A stretch of 64,000 bases of DNA. It comes from an uncultured Methanosarcinales archaeon (GTDB taxonomy: Archaea > Nanobdellota > Nanobdellia > Woesearchaeales > CAYPCY01). Positions 9,601 to 19,071 of the stretch are shown in pieces. The translations under genes were made by a program, and so were the position numbers. Position 1 is the first letter of the stretch. Every line of letters begins with the position of its first letter. The notes below the pieces were generated by a model. That model was not told the DNA's origin. It saw only the letters and a program-made list of their open reading frames with translations, and did not search any database. The stretch covers positions 10,608 to 74,607 of the forward strand of contig CAYPCY010000002.1 of the NCBI GenBank assembly GCA_964409385.1, written 5' to 3'.

Positions 9601-11599
9601 GAATCCTCCTCCAGTATTTGTGGATGGGGCTTTTTCTCCTGGTGATGAAACTAATATTTATTGGGGAGATACTATTCCTTTCACTGCCCAAGCTACGGAT
9701 GCAGCTAGTGATCTTCAATCTATAGAATTAATATTTACTAACGGACCTTCTGGTTCAGGATATGCGAGTTTAGGAGTTACAGAATCTTCAGGATTTACTA
9801 ATAATTTATACTTTTCTGAATCTGTTAATTTTGCAGATTTTGTTTTTGGAACTTATACTTATCATTTTAAAGCTGTTGATTCCATAGGACAATTAACTAA
9901 TTCTCCTGATAGAACATTAACAGTTACAAATCAGGATCCTAGTATTACTGGTGTGAATTTTGATCCTGCTCCTGCAGAGTTTAATGAAGCATTATTTCCT
10001 AGTACTAATGTTGATGTTACAATTAGTGATTTAAGCAGGAATATTGTGGAGGTTTGGATTAGTGAAGATGCGAGTGGAAATCACTCTACTGGATTGCCTG
10101 CAGCTCACACAGTAAGTAATTCTTTTACAGTTTATGATATTCCTGTATCTTTTAGTAATGCTGGTTTTGGAAATTATGATTTGTATGTTAATGTTAAAGA
10201 TTCTGAGGATAGAACCGTCCAGGCTGGTCCTTACACTTTCGACTTTGCAAATTCAGCACCTGTGATTTCAGGAAGTCCTACACAAACTGGAACTTTAACA
10301 AAGAGTATTGCCGAAAATAATGGTTATGATTTTGTTGCTACATTTATTGATGCTAATAGTAATATTGATAGGATTGTCAGGTCTGCAATTTCAGGAACGG
10401 GAGTTTCTGCATGTAATAGTAATAATGATTGCGCGACTGAAACTGGAGATTCGAGTACTTTAACATCTACTCAGCATATAATGCAAAGTTTTGGAAGTTT
10501 TTGCACTGATAATTGTAAGACTTATTCTTATACTGCTTATGATTCTGAAGGAAGTTCTGGAAGTTCAGGAACAAAATCTTTTAATTATGTTGATGATTAT
10601 CCTACAATTTCAGTTTCTTGTCCTTTCAGTACTAATGATGACGTTTCAACACCAACACATATTTGTACAGTTTCAAAAACCGATTCTTACAACAGTGTTG
10701 GTGGAGGAGGTAGTTTTACAGGAGATGCATGCAGTTTAGTAAGTTTTTCTTCGCCAGGTAGTGCTGAGTTCTTTAGTGAAAGTTCGGATTGTACTTTTAA
10801 TTTTAATTTTCTTTTTGGTTGTACAGGTCATTCTTTCACTTTCAGAGTGACTGATAATGAAGGAAGATTTGTTGAGAGTAGTGCGTATAATATTAATTAT
10901 GTAACTAATGAGATTTGTGATAATATAGATAATAATTGTTACGGGGGTGTTGATGAAGGTTGTGATGATGATAATGATGGTTATTGTGATAGTTCAATGA
11001 CTGTTGTTGGAACTCCAAATACTTGTACTGCAGGAGGGTCTTCAAGTTTAGATTGTGACGATAGCAGGAGCGATGTACACCCAGGTGCTGAGGAAGTTTG
11101 TGATGGTTATGATAATGATTGTAATGCAGGAAATGGTTATGATTATGAGGGTTCAGTCGGTTGTAATTGGTATAACTACGATGGAGATAATGATGGTTAT
11201 GGATCTGCGACTGTAGCTGCTAAATGTTATTGTTCTCAAACAGGATATTATGACGTAACTAATACTGATGATTGTTGTGATAGTTCATGGTCTACCAAAC
11301 CTGGCCAAACTAATTATTATCCTTTTGCTAATAGTTGTGGTAGTTTTGATTATGATTGTAGTGATTCAATAGAATATGAGCATGGTTTAAGTGAAGAAGG
11401 TAATTGTAGGTCTCATAACCATGGTTGGGAATTTCATTGTCATGGAACCTATGATGTTTGGTATTCTGGTTCAGGGGATAGGTATGATGAGTGTGGTTTA
11501 ACAGATCCTGGAGATGGTAGTTATTTCGGTTTAAAACATCTTTGTAATGGTAATTGTGTAACACATCTGTATTATGGCATGACAATAAAATGTAGATAA
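6614..11599 (+). CDS. Giant pilin-like adhesin: class III signal peptide, tandem Ig/cadherin-like repeats, C-terminal Cys/Asp-rich (MopE-like) repeats
   Basis: MRKG/QSSIEF; recurring D..xN/DL and FGTYxFxF motifs about every 110-125 aa; EICDNIDNNC..GVDEGC and DCDD....VHPGAEEVCDGYDNDC motifs. Confidence 0.85.
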   Translation: MRKGQSSIEFVTLFTLVMLLFLGGLYFTGQKLVQIEDERTQKNSNAISNILQSEIELASKSEGNYSRLFSLPTLFKKDNYLIDVYDNFELTIDYNNREYVYPLKRNIIFFNVHPGGDNIVSHINNTVFIGDDSVITVDPNNIVLGVPEGSTITMKVTVASIFGGLSAIMRILEEPDCNSGPPGNECSNLPEYIVLEQIDFINFTTDLQIKDFGTYKFTINGTTIFTPPGRLISPIQDHNEPFYWLTLLNMPPTYGDYILPDDTSVYEQPKNFEPRFYATFHDDNADLEDVYLEFVDSPIGPYTVDPVPDLANWENVFPPVNYDFTFDQHVPLPDFGFYTFTFNVTDSQGMVNKTPLRIVELRNINPVVDGVYLEGEVPLPSITSWSDVLNFNNYHVEVVSSDINWNVKNITLVFTDFLNLDRPTNLQNIVVNNPAFETPDGESLPDGMHNPNGGVFRAEFDESNGLIFDAYGQFLFKFVATDILGLTHESEIYQVNTYPPPHYDESSIMPADSTIFELYEGFETDFEITFYDDVVGGYDFGLLNYVELEFTTVPDYSLINGAEVTFDPVSEYDFSVPKSLDKFGEYIYRFTGMNYLGGSNTTELVHAYLVNVPPIIQGVYERVSYTDPPLTYFPDPYPARIPYDPTYVIGADGGEDIFYLYVTDDNRNLRYAKLIQDSSPTGAPGGTVEFSVPQDSGVYWPDFRDFLFTKFGTYSFHFEVEDEYDLIDTSQQFSLNLINEYPYFDDTYCPNGICNSDGSDLSSSTSIIPVLSSTQNFNFGVKVYASDINWNLDNAIVEFTEGPSHGDMYHPFPDNKGEGYCSGGDNVFSLMFDSTGVGDDTDYGTYKFRVMLNDDEGLNTYSSEYTLTLNNNAPVFTEVCPDVPNWLSSCSGTVYTPSPALFIFENVGYDGSTFNIPITLTASDVNHNLHLLKVKITGPSDSNLNNQVYNYEVSPQNTLSNTFSFDFDVIGDYNVEFWAYDQEVDSVYHNFNIKLQNPPPVFVDGAFSPGDETNIYWGDTIPFTAQATDAASDLQSIELIFTNGPSGSGYASLGVTESSGFTNNLYFSESVNFADFVFGTYTYHFKAVDSIGQLTNSPDRTLTVTNQDPSITGVNFDPAPAEFNEALFPSTNVDVTISDLSRNIVEVWISEDASGNHSTGLPAAHTVSNSFTVYDIPVSFSNAGFGNYDLYVNVKDSEDRTVQAGPYTFDFANSAPVISGSPTQTGTLTKSIAENNGYDFVATFIDANSNIDRIVRSAISGTGVSACNSNNDCATETGDSSTLTSTQHIMQSFGSFCTDNCKTYSYTAYDSEGSSGSSGTKSFNYVDDYPTISVSCPFSTNDDVSTPTHICTVSKTDSYNSVGGGGSFTGDACSLVSFSSPGSAEFFSESSDCTFNFNFLFGCTGHSFTFRVTDNEGRFVESSAYNINYVTNEICDNIDNNCYGGVDEGCDDDNDGYCDSSMTVVGTPNTCTAGGSSSLDCDDSRSDVHPGAEEVCDGYDNDCNAGNGYDYEGSVGCNWYNYDGDNDGYGSATVAAKCYCSQTGYYDVTNTDDCCDSSWSTKPGQTNYYPFANSCGSFDYDCSDSIEYEHGLSEEGNCRSHNHGWEFHCHGTYDVWYSGSGDRYDECGLTDPGDGSYFGLKHLCNGNCVTHLYYGMTIKCR

Positions 11600-11624
11600 T
11601 TGGTTAAATAATAAATAGATTTCA

Positions 11625-12929
11625 TTAGTTAAAATTGTTCAAAAAGAAACTTATTTTGTTAGCAACATTCTCGCCAGATTTTACTGCAGAATACATTCCG
11701 TAAGGAATCCTTGTGTCTAAATAAGTATAGTCTCCAGCAAGAAACACTCTATTTGAAGGTTTGTCATATCCACTTTTAAGATTTTCATAAATTTCTTCTG
11801 AAATTATAGTTCCTGCATACCACCATCTATGAATATCTTTAAATAGTATATTTTCATCCTCGATTTTTTCAAATAATTTTAGAATATTTAAATTAGTTAA
11901 GATTATTTCTTCATCAGTTTTATTTTGTACCTTTTTTGATTTTAAATCAGTAATATATGAAAGTATGACACTTTTATTATCTTCTGTGTGTTTAATTATT
12001 GTGGTTGTCATCAAATCAGGAGTTACTAAATAGGAAAAATTTTCAAAAGAATGGTTTTCTATTCCAACAGCAATAACAATCATTTGACCATATTTTACAG
12101 AATTCAAAAAATCCTCACTATTTTTATTAATTTTTTTTATTAATTTTTTTGCAATAGGCGCAGGGGTTGTCACAATAACTGTTCTAGAAAAAACTATTTG
12201 TGTTCTATTTTTGTTAAAATATTCGATTTTTACTTTTTCGCCAATATCATCTACAGAAGTAACTAATGAATTAAATTGAATTTTTGCATTAACTCTTCGT
12301 AAATACTCTGTTATTATTTCTTTATTTCCTTTCTTATAATAGTTAATATTGTATTTTTTGAGTGAATCTTGTTCTTGTCTTTCTATAATATAATTTTCAA
12401 TTTCACCAGGATGAATTGTTTGGAAAAACGAATTAAGAATATTTTTTGATTCTTCATTAAGCATTAAATCACTAAATGTTGAATTGTCATTTGCTAAATT
12501 AACTTTTTTAATACAATCAATAATAATATCACAAAAATAAGTGTTATTATTATAAAAAAGTCCGACAGACCCACTTTCTACCAATTGATTTGATGAATTT
12601 ATTTCAAAAGGAAGCATTTGAGGATTATAACTAAAAACAGCACCAAGATCATACGATAAGTTATTTTTTGTTATTGTTAAAACTCTTCCTCCCGCATAAT
12701 CTTCTTTTTCTAAAATTAGAACATTATAATTATTAAGATTGAATGCTGAAGAAAGTCCTGAAAGACCAGCACCAACTATGACAACATCATAATCATCAAC
12801 TTCTTGCATTTCAATAGATTTTGGAGATAATACTTCATTTATTAAAACAAATATTATTGTCAAAACTATAATTGCAAAAATAATATGGTTTTTTTTATTT
12901 TGTTTCTTTCCGATGTTTTTTCTAACCAT
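11625..12929 (-). CDS. Membrane-anchored FAD-dependent oxidoreductase (amine oxidase/protoporphyrinogen oxidase family)
   Basis: VVIVGAGLSGL..A dinucleotide fold, LEK...AGGRV, DLGA, C-terminal FLAGDY..GM..AV.SG; N-terminal TM. Confidence 0.85.
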   Translation of the reverse strand: MVRKNIGKKQNKKNHIIFAIIVLTIIFVLINEVLSPKSIEMQEVDDYDVVIVGAGLSGLSSAFNLNNYNVLILEKEDYAGGRVLTITKNNLSYDLGAVFSYNPQMLPFEINSSNQLVESGSVGLFYNNNTYFCDIIIDCIKKVNLANDNSTFSDLMLNEESKNILNSFFQTIHPGEIENYIIERQEQDSLKKYNINYYKKGNKEIITEYLRRVNAKIQFNSLVTSVDDIGEKVKIEYFNKNRTQIVFSRTVIVTTPAPIAKKLIKKINKNSEDFLNSVKYGQMIVIAVGIENHSFENFSYLVTPDLMTTTIIKHTEDNKSVILSYITDLKSKKVQNKTDEEIILTNLNILKLFEKIEDENILFKDIHRWWYAGTIISEEIYENLKSGYDKPSNRVFLAGDYTYLDTRIPYGMYSAVKSGENVANKISFFLNNFN

Positions 12930-12971
12930 AATATTTTATTCAAATATTTTAATAATTAATAAAGTTTTATT

Positions 12972-14537
12972 TTAAAAAAACAATATATAACTTATTAAAC
13001 CAATTATACTAATAATATTTAGTGATAAAACATTTTTTTCGTTGTAATTTTCTTTAGTAATAAAATAGAATTGCAAAATTCCTAAGAATAATAAAGGAAA
13101 CAATAGTATAAATGTTTGAAAATAAAAGAATAAAACTAAGTATGAAATAAGAAAGAAAAATCCTATTATTCTTTTTGAGTTTTTTAGTCCGAATAGTACT
13201 GGAAGTGTTTTTATTTTATTGGCTTTATCACCTAAATAGTCTTTTATATCTATAAAATTAGCTATGGCTGTTAGAAAAATTAAACAAAATATCGATATTT
13301 CTGACGGAAATCCAACTAGTGAATTATTATTAAAAATATAGAATCCTAACATTATAAGAATTAATGAATTGAAGGAAATTACTATTTTTGATAGAAATGT
13401 TACTCTTTTAAGTCTTAAAGGTTTCATAGAATAAAGAAAATAAGTTCCCATAAATGTTCCAATTATCAAAAAAGCAACAAAATTAACTAAAGCAGCGAAT
13501 AATAATGCAATAAGTAAAATATAAAAAGAATGTTTCTTATAAGTTTCTAAATTAACATTATTTTTAACTAATGGTCTGGTTTTGTTCGTAATCTTATCAA
13601 TTTCTAAATCTTCAATATTATTTGTCATTACAGAATATATCCATGCTAAAATAATTGATATTGGTAATATTATTAATGAGAAAATACTTGTTTGATTTAA
13701 AGTTAAAGTTCCTACTTTGTAAGCTAGTGATACTCCTAAAAAGAACATTAACGAATAATGTGCAGTCCTATAAGGTCTAATATCTTTTAAAATTGAGGTA
13801 TAAACTTTCTTGTTTGCTATTATGATTATGGAAAGTAAAGCAAATATGAATGTAAGAACAATGAAAAAATGAGAATGTAATATACTTAGAGTGTTTGGAT
13901 GTTGAATGTTAGTATACAAAGGAGTATTTATTATTTTTAAAAATAAAGATTCGATAATTGGTTTAATTGAGAAAATAAAAGTTATGGTATAAAGAAGAAA
14001 AGTTGAAAAAAAACTATCCACTATTTTTTTAGTTTTTATATAAATATAAAAAAATGTTCCTAAAAAGATCAAAAATAATTCTATTCTTAAACCTGGAGTT
14101 ATACCAATAGTTTTAAATTCTCCAAAAAAAGTAAGAAAACTATATAATATATTATAATTATCTGAAGGATTTAAATATCCTATCAATCCTTTGTATTTAG
14201 TAAAAAAATTTATCAAAGGAGCAACCAACACTACAATAAATAATGAAAAAATTACTCTTGAAGATTTTATAATATTTCCTTTCATTGTATAATTTGATAT
14301 TATTATAAAGATTAATGCTACTGAAATAAACCATAAAGTGAAGTGTATGATTTCTGAAAAATTTCCAGGACCGCTCCCTAGTAAAAATTCCAAAAATAAT
14401 CTAATTAAAATAATAAAAATAAAAGTAAGAATAAAATTAGAATATGGAATTTTTTCATTTTCTAAATAATAAAATTGTTTTTCAAGAATTTTTCTAATAT
14501 TTTTCGTTTTCAAATTAATAATAATTAGTTTATGCAC
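12972..14537 (-). CDS. UbiA-family prenyltransferase with extra N-terminal membrane domain
   Basis: NNIEDLEIDKITNKTRPL and DIKDYLGD....IKTLP Asp-rich motifs; many TM helices. Confidence 0.85.
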   Translation of the reverse strand: MHKLIIINLKTKNIRKILEKQFYYLENEKIPYSNFILTFIFIILIRLFLEFLLGSGPGNFSEIIHFTLWFISVALIFIIISNYTMKGNIIKSSRVIFSLFIVVLVAPLINFFTKYKGLIGYLNPSDNYNILYSFLTFFGEFKTIGITPGLRIELFLIFLGTFFYIYIKTKKIVDSFFSTFLLYTITFIFSIKPIIESLFLKIINTPLYTNIQHPNTLSILHSHFFIVLTFIFALLSIIIIANKKVYTSILKDIRPYRTAHYSLMFFLGVSLAYKVGTLTLNQTSIFSLIILPISIILAWIYSVMTNNIEDLEIDKITNKTRPLVKNNVNLETYKKHSFYILLIALLFAALVNFVAFLIIGTFMGTYFLYSMKPLRLKRVTFLSKIVISFNSLILIMLGFYIFNNNSLVGFPSEISIFCLIFLTAIANFIDIKDYLGDKANKIKTLPVLFGLKNSKRIIGFFFLISYLVLFFYFQTFILLFPLLFLGILQFYFITKENYNEKNVLSLNIISIIGLISYILFF

Positions 14538-14548
14538 ATTTTTAAATT

Positions 14549-14881
14549 TTATTCATTAATGTTTGGTTGATTTAATTCAGGAGGTGCACGAGAAATTAAT
14601 ACGATGTTTTCTTCAATTAGGTTTCCATCATAATCAAAAGAATCTAAACACTTTTTCTTCAAATATTCACTTGTTATTTTTTCACACAAATTCTTATTTT
14701 CAGTTAACATAGCGTTATTGTGATTTATGTAATTTTTCTCTATTATGTTTTCTGAATTTTTGTCTTCTTGAATAAAAAATTCTTTTGTATGTAAGGGATT
14801 ATGATGGAGTATTAATAGTATTATTAATAAGAAGACTGTTGTGAAAATAATTATTATTTTTCTATTTAATTTGTTTCCCAT
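14549..14881 (-). CDS. Hypothetical membrane-anchored protein with C..I......C motif
   Basis: N-terminal TM; NLCEKITSEYLKKKC; operonic spacing. Confidence 0.6.
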   Translation of the reverse strand: MGNKLNRKIIIIFTTVFLLIILLILHHNPLHTKEFFIQEDKNSENIIEKNYINHNNAMLTENKNLCEKITSEYLKKKCLDSFDYDGNLIEENIVLISRAPPELNQPNINE

Positions 14882-15413
14882 TCTTAATTCCTATTTTTTT
14901 CTTGATAAACTTTTTATTAGCTGAAATAAAATAAAATAAGCTTATACAAATAATTAAATTTAATATACCTCCTTGTAATATTAGATAGTTAGTTTCCATA
15001 AAATATTTATTATAATTGTTAAAATCATAAATAGACTCATAAATGAATGTATTAAAATAATATATTTTTTCACCCCAATTAGATAAAATGAATCCTCCTA
15101 CTTTTGCACTAAAAATAGTTATTAGGATGATAAAATATATACTTGTTTGAATAGCATATGCAAAACTAATTTTAAACATTGTTTTTAGAGATTTGAGACT
15201 TAATAATTTAAGTTTTAATAATTTTATTCCTAACATTGCAGGAATTAGTATTATTAAGATAATCTTCATAGGAATTAATATTGAGTGGACAAGAAAATCT
15301 GAAAACAATATTAAATTAAGAAAATTATGTAAAAACAACATAATTAAACCAATTAACAAACTAGGTTTCCAAGTTAGTTTTATTATTTCTTTAAAAGATA
15401 ATTGGTCTTTCAT
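14862..15413 (-). CDS. Hypothetical integral membrane protein (about 4 TM)
   Basis: Hydrophobic ORF co-oriented with and overlapping its neighbour. Confidence 0.6.
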   Translation of the reverse strand: MKDQLSFKEIIKLTWKPSLLIGLIMLFLHNFLNLILFSDFLVHSILIPMKIILIILIPAMLGIKLLKLKLLSLKSLKTMFKISFAYAIQTSIYFIILITIFSAKVGGFILSNWGEKIYYFNTFIYESIYDFNNYNKYFMETNYLILQGGILNLIICISLFYFISANKKFIKKKIGIKNGKQIK

Positions 15414-15459
15414 TGAATAATTTTATTTTTATATCTATTTAATTTTTTTGATTATTGAA

Positions 15460-17580
15460 TTAAGATATTTTCAGAATCCAAAGCAGAAAAATATACAATA
15501 TTGCAGCTATTATAAATGTGTTACTTATCCCTATTGACATTGAGATAATGTAAAAGATAAAAAATCCAATAACTGTTCCCAAACTATCTAATAAATACAT
15601 TTTGGGAAATTCTTCTTTTTTTATTTTAGTTAATCCTTTAGGAAAATAACTGCCTAGAAAGAAGAAAAGAGAGCCAATAGTGATAATGGAAAATAAAATT
15701 TTTATAGAAATATGCCAATAATGATTTATATTTAAGAAAGCAAAATAATATAGTGTGAATATTATGGGAAAATAATAGGGTTTATTGAATTTTTGAAATT
15801 TTAATGAACCTAATGATAAAAATAATAACATTAAGAAGGTGGTGATAATAAATGTTAATGTATAATCGATAAAGAATGATTTCAAATATGTTAATGTAAA
15901 TAATTCAATAAGTATAAAACTAGTTCCTAGAATGAAAAAGTAACTATTCATTAATTGTCTCTTTTTTTTAATTAGAATAATTGAAATTAGAAACAGAATT
16001 ACTGATAAAGATAATAATTTTGTGAAATTGTTTTCTAAATTGTAAAAGAATGGTTTATTATCAGATATTACTTCTTTATTTTTACTAAATATAAGGGTTT
16101 CTTTAATAATTATTTCAGAATTATTATCTGATATTCTTGCAAACTTTTCTAAATTTGTTGAATTTCTGCTTAGTATAAGAAGACTTCCTAGAAAATGTAT
16201 TGGTTCTATTGTTGAAATATTATAATAGCTATAACTTATTTTGTATTTCTTTTTTAATACTTCAAGATTTTTCCCAAGTTTATTAGTTAAAGGTTCATTA
16301 TTTCCATGACCAATAATAATAACTCCATTTTCATTTAATTTTTCGACCGCAATAGTAAGCCCTTCAATAGTGTAAAGGTAGTTTTCAATTTCGATCAAAG
16401 TTTTTGTTCTTTTTCCCACAGTAAAGTCAAGGCCCTCATAGATTATAACATCAAATTTTTCGTTTGTATTTTCTAAAAATTCTCTACCATCCATTGATTT
16501 TGTTTCTACTTTATTGTAAATATTATTGTTAAATAGAGAAAATTTTGTTTTCATCAAATTCACAACTAAAGAATCTATTTCTATGCAGGTTAGTTTGCTT
16601 TTATTAAATGAATATAGTGTTAAACATCCCATTCCCCCTCCAGAGCCAATTATAACTGTTCTTCCAGATAATTGAGAATATAAAATTTTTCTAAAGTCAA
16701 AATCTTGTTGATAAGAAGGACAGGTAATCCATTGTTGTCTGTAATTATAAGCACCACCAATACAATCTGCACTCCAAGAATAAATATCTATTTTAGAATA
16801 TGATGACCAACCAGAAAATAAATGTAATTTTTTATTATATTCTTCTAGTATTGTAAAATTTTCAAATTCGGTCAGGTTATAATTTGAGTCAGAATACCAC
16901 AAATATTTTTGAACATTTCTTTGTTTTTCAATTTCATAGTCTAAGTTTAAAGTTGAATAGATAAACAAAGTAGTAATTAGTAAAATTAAAGAAATTAGAA
17001 GAACCAATTTTCCCCCCCTCTTTGAATTTGTTGTTAGATAATTAATAGTTATTAATAGTATTAGTGAACTAAGAATTAGTAAACTGTTTGCTCCTAAGAA
17101 AACAACTAAAAACATTCCCAAGATTGCTCCTGAAAGAAATCCTGTAGTTTGAAAAAATACTATTGTTCCTTTATTTTTTTTGTTTTTTGTAAATGATTTT
17201 TGAAGATATATTCTACCAATAATTATACCAATTATCACCAAAGGTATTGACAAGATAATAAATAATATAATTGTGGACAAAAGGTTTATTTCAGGAAATC
17301 TGAATTTTAATATAAATATGTTAATAAGAAGTGTACTAATTAATAAGAAATATAAAAATGTTAAAGTTTTGATTTTTTGAAAAGATTTACTTAGAAAAGC
17401 GCCTAAACCTATAGAACCAATTGTTAGCGTTATAAGTATATTTATAATTATTGTTGGTGAATGAAATGCATTGTATGTTACAAATAATTGTTTTAAGAAA
17501 AATATTTGGAATATTGCAGAAAAACAAGAAATGATAAACATAAGAAATAAATGATCTTGTAATTTATTTTTTAACAGCAT
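15460..17580 (-). CDS. Membrane-embedded spermidine-synthase-like class I SAM-dependent transferase
   Basis: TM bundle - VIIGSGGG, IEIDSLVV, DGREFL, FDVII, YLYTIEG - TM bundle. Confidence 0.8.
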   Translation of the reverse strand: MLLKNKLQDHLFLMFIISCFSAIFQIFFLKQLFVTYNAFHSPTIIINILITLTIGSIGLGAFLSKSFQKIKTLTFLYFLLISTLLINIFILKFRFPEINLLSTIILFIILSIPLVIIGIIIGRIYLQKSFTKNKKNKGTIVFFQTTGFLSGAILGMFLVVFLGANSLLILSSLILLITINYLTTNSKRGGKLVLLISLILLITTLFIYSTLNLDYEIEKQRNVQKYLWYSDSNYNLTEFENFTILEEYNKKLHLFSGWSSYSKIDIYSWSADCIGGAYNYRQQWITCPSYQQDFDFRKILYSQLSGRTVIIGSGGGMGCLTLYSFNKSKLTCIEIDSLVVNLMKTKFSLFNNNIYNKVETKSMDGREFLENTNEKFDVIIYEGLDFTVGKRTKTLIEIENYLYTIEGLTIAVEKLNENGVIIIGHGNNEPLTNKLGKNLEVLKKKYKISYSYYNISTIEPIHFLGSLLILSRNSTNLEKFARISDNNSEIIIKETLIFSKNKEVISDNKPFFYNLENNFTKLLSLSVILFLISIILIKKKRQLMNSYFFILGTSFILIELFTLTYLKSFFIDYTLTFIITTFLMLLFLSLGSLKFQKFNKPYYFPIIFTLYYFAFLNINHYWHISIKILFSIITIGSLFFFLGSYFPKGLTKIKKEEFPKMYLLDSLGTVIGFFIFYIISMSIGISNTFIIAAILYIFLLWILKIS

Positions 17581-17667
17581 AAGTTAATATAATTTAGTTC
17601 ATATTATAAGTATTGTCTTTAAAGATTCAGGTTTCCAAAAAACTTTTATATTAAAAGATTTAAAGAG

Positions 17668-18426
17668 TTGGTTAAGGTGAGGTTTAAAACTCTATTTTTA
17701 GTTTTTATTATCTTCTTATTAGCTTGTAGTCCTTCTGAAGAGGTTTCGTCACAAGATTCTGGAGTAAATACTGAAACTCCTGAGGGTGCTTTCTTACAAA
17801 TACTTGTTCATGCTGACAATAATGATTTTAATTCTTTTAAGAATGCAATAGACAACCCGATTTACCTTCAGAAGAAGGTTGAAGAATTGAATATTCTTGA
17901 CATTAATGCTGCTAATCAATTTAAAGAGTCGATCTTAAGAAAATATCAGGGTTTAGAAGTTACTATAACGTCACAAATAGACAATAACAAAGCAATATTA
18001 ACAGTTTCTGCAATTAAGAATGATCAGCAAAAGAAAGACAAACTTATTTACATGGTTAAGGATGGTTCTTGGAAATTAAATTTGTTTGGTTTTAATCATG
18101 AACCTAATTTGTTAAATACGGATAGGGATGCTTGTAGTGATTCTTGTTATCCTAGTTGGTTTGATAAAACTTCAGGTTCTTGTTATTGTTGGGTTGAGGA
18201 GCCTTTTGATATGGACACTTCTAATATTTTTGTTCAGTATTGTGAGGATCATGAACATCCTCCTTCTTGTTATAAGTCTTATGCTAGGAGTTCTTTAAAT
18301 ATTGATTATTGTTGGAAAGTTCCTGATTATGATAGGGGTTCTTGTTTCTCTGCCGTAGCTTCTAGGTCTGGAGATTATTCGGTTTGTGCTTATTTGTGGG
18401 ATGATGTTAACTGTCAAAATGGTTAA
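17668..18426 (+). CDS. Putative lipoprotein with Cys-rich C-terminal repeats
   Basis: Basic N-terminus, hydrophobic stretch, lipobox-like LLA/C; start codon uncertain (TTG 17668 or GTG 17677). Confidence 0.65.
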   Translation: MVKVRFKTLFLVFIIFLLACSPSEEVSSQDSGVNTETPEGAFLQILVHADNNDFNSFKNAIDNPIYLQKKVEELNILDINAANQFKESILRKYQGLEVTITSQIDNNKAILTVSAIKNDQQKKDKLIYMVKDGSWKLNLFGFNHEPNLLNTDRDACSDSCYPSWFDKTSGSCYCWVEEPFDMDTSNIFVQYCEDHEHPPSCYKSYARSSLNIDYCWKVPDYDRGSCFSAVASRSGDYSVCAYLWDDVNCQNG

Positions 18427-18832
18427 GAAGGGTCAGGTTTGGTCTTTTGATTTAATAGCTGCTATTGTTATTTTCTTCTTAATTTTCATTTTCTTAATTA
18501 ATAAGGTTGATTTGTTTGGGGGGGATAGGATTGAGGAATTGCAGGATAAGGCGAAGTCTGGTACTTTGGCTTTTCAACAAGAGGGTCCTTTGCAGTTTTT
18601 AGAGCGTAATACTGTGGATGAGGCTAAGTTGGATGTTTTGGTTTCTAATTTCTTGAACGATCCTGCTTATTATGATTATTCTAAGTCTGTTTTGGGTTTT
18701 AGTGATGTTGATTATTGTTTTTATTTTGAGGATCAGGATGGTAATTTGGTGTTGATAAATAATTCTTTGGTTGGTGTTGGTAGTGATGAGTTAGAAATAG
18801 GCGGTCATCAGTGTGGTGTTCTTATAAATTAG
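18419..18832 (+). CDS. Minor type IV pilin-like protein (class III signal peptide)
   Basis: MVKKG/QVWSFD plus hydrophobic helix; ATG 18419 overlaps previous stop. Confidence 0.8.
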   Translation: MVKKGQVWSFDLIAAIVIFFLIFIFLINKVDLFGGDRIEELQDKAKSGTLAFQQEGPLQFLERNTVDEAKLDVLVSNFLNDPAYYDYSKSVLGFSDVDYCFYFEDQDGNLVLINNSLVGVGSDELEIGGHQCGVLIN

Positions 18833-18870
18833 AGAAAGTTTTAAATATTATATCTTTGATAGTATTCATT

Positions 18871-19071
18871 ATGGCGGATGATATTCCTAATGGTGTTGTT
18901 ATTGTGTTGATTCTTGTTGCTATTGTAGTTTCTGTTATGGGAACTTGGACTGTGTTGGATGCTTCGAGGTCTGTTAATAATAATCCTGTGGGTGCTGCTT
19001 ATTATGAAGCTTCTGATTCTGTGGGTTCAGTAAGTTTAGAAATTAAATATCCTGAAGATGGTATCAAATAA
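18871..19071 (+). CDS. Small membrane protein (66 aa), TM plus short beta-strand tail
   Basis: ATG about 25 nt after TATA-like TTTTAAAT; one TM; GSVSLEI tail. Confidence 0.65.
   Translation: MADDIPNGVVIVLILVAIVVSVMGTWTVLDASRSVNNNPVGAAYYEASDSVGSVSLEIKYPEDGIK

Noticed and set aside
6976-11585. Small alternative-frame or antisense ORFs inside the giant pilin (and similar ones inside RNAP, SMC and S-layer genes)
   Set aside because: Low-complexity products of codon bias with no motifs or start signals
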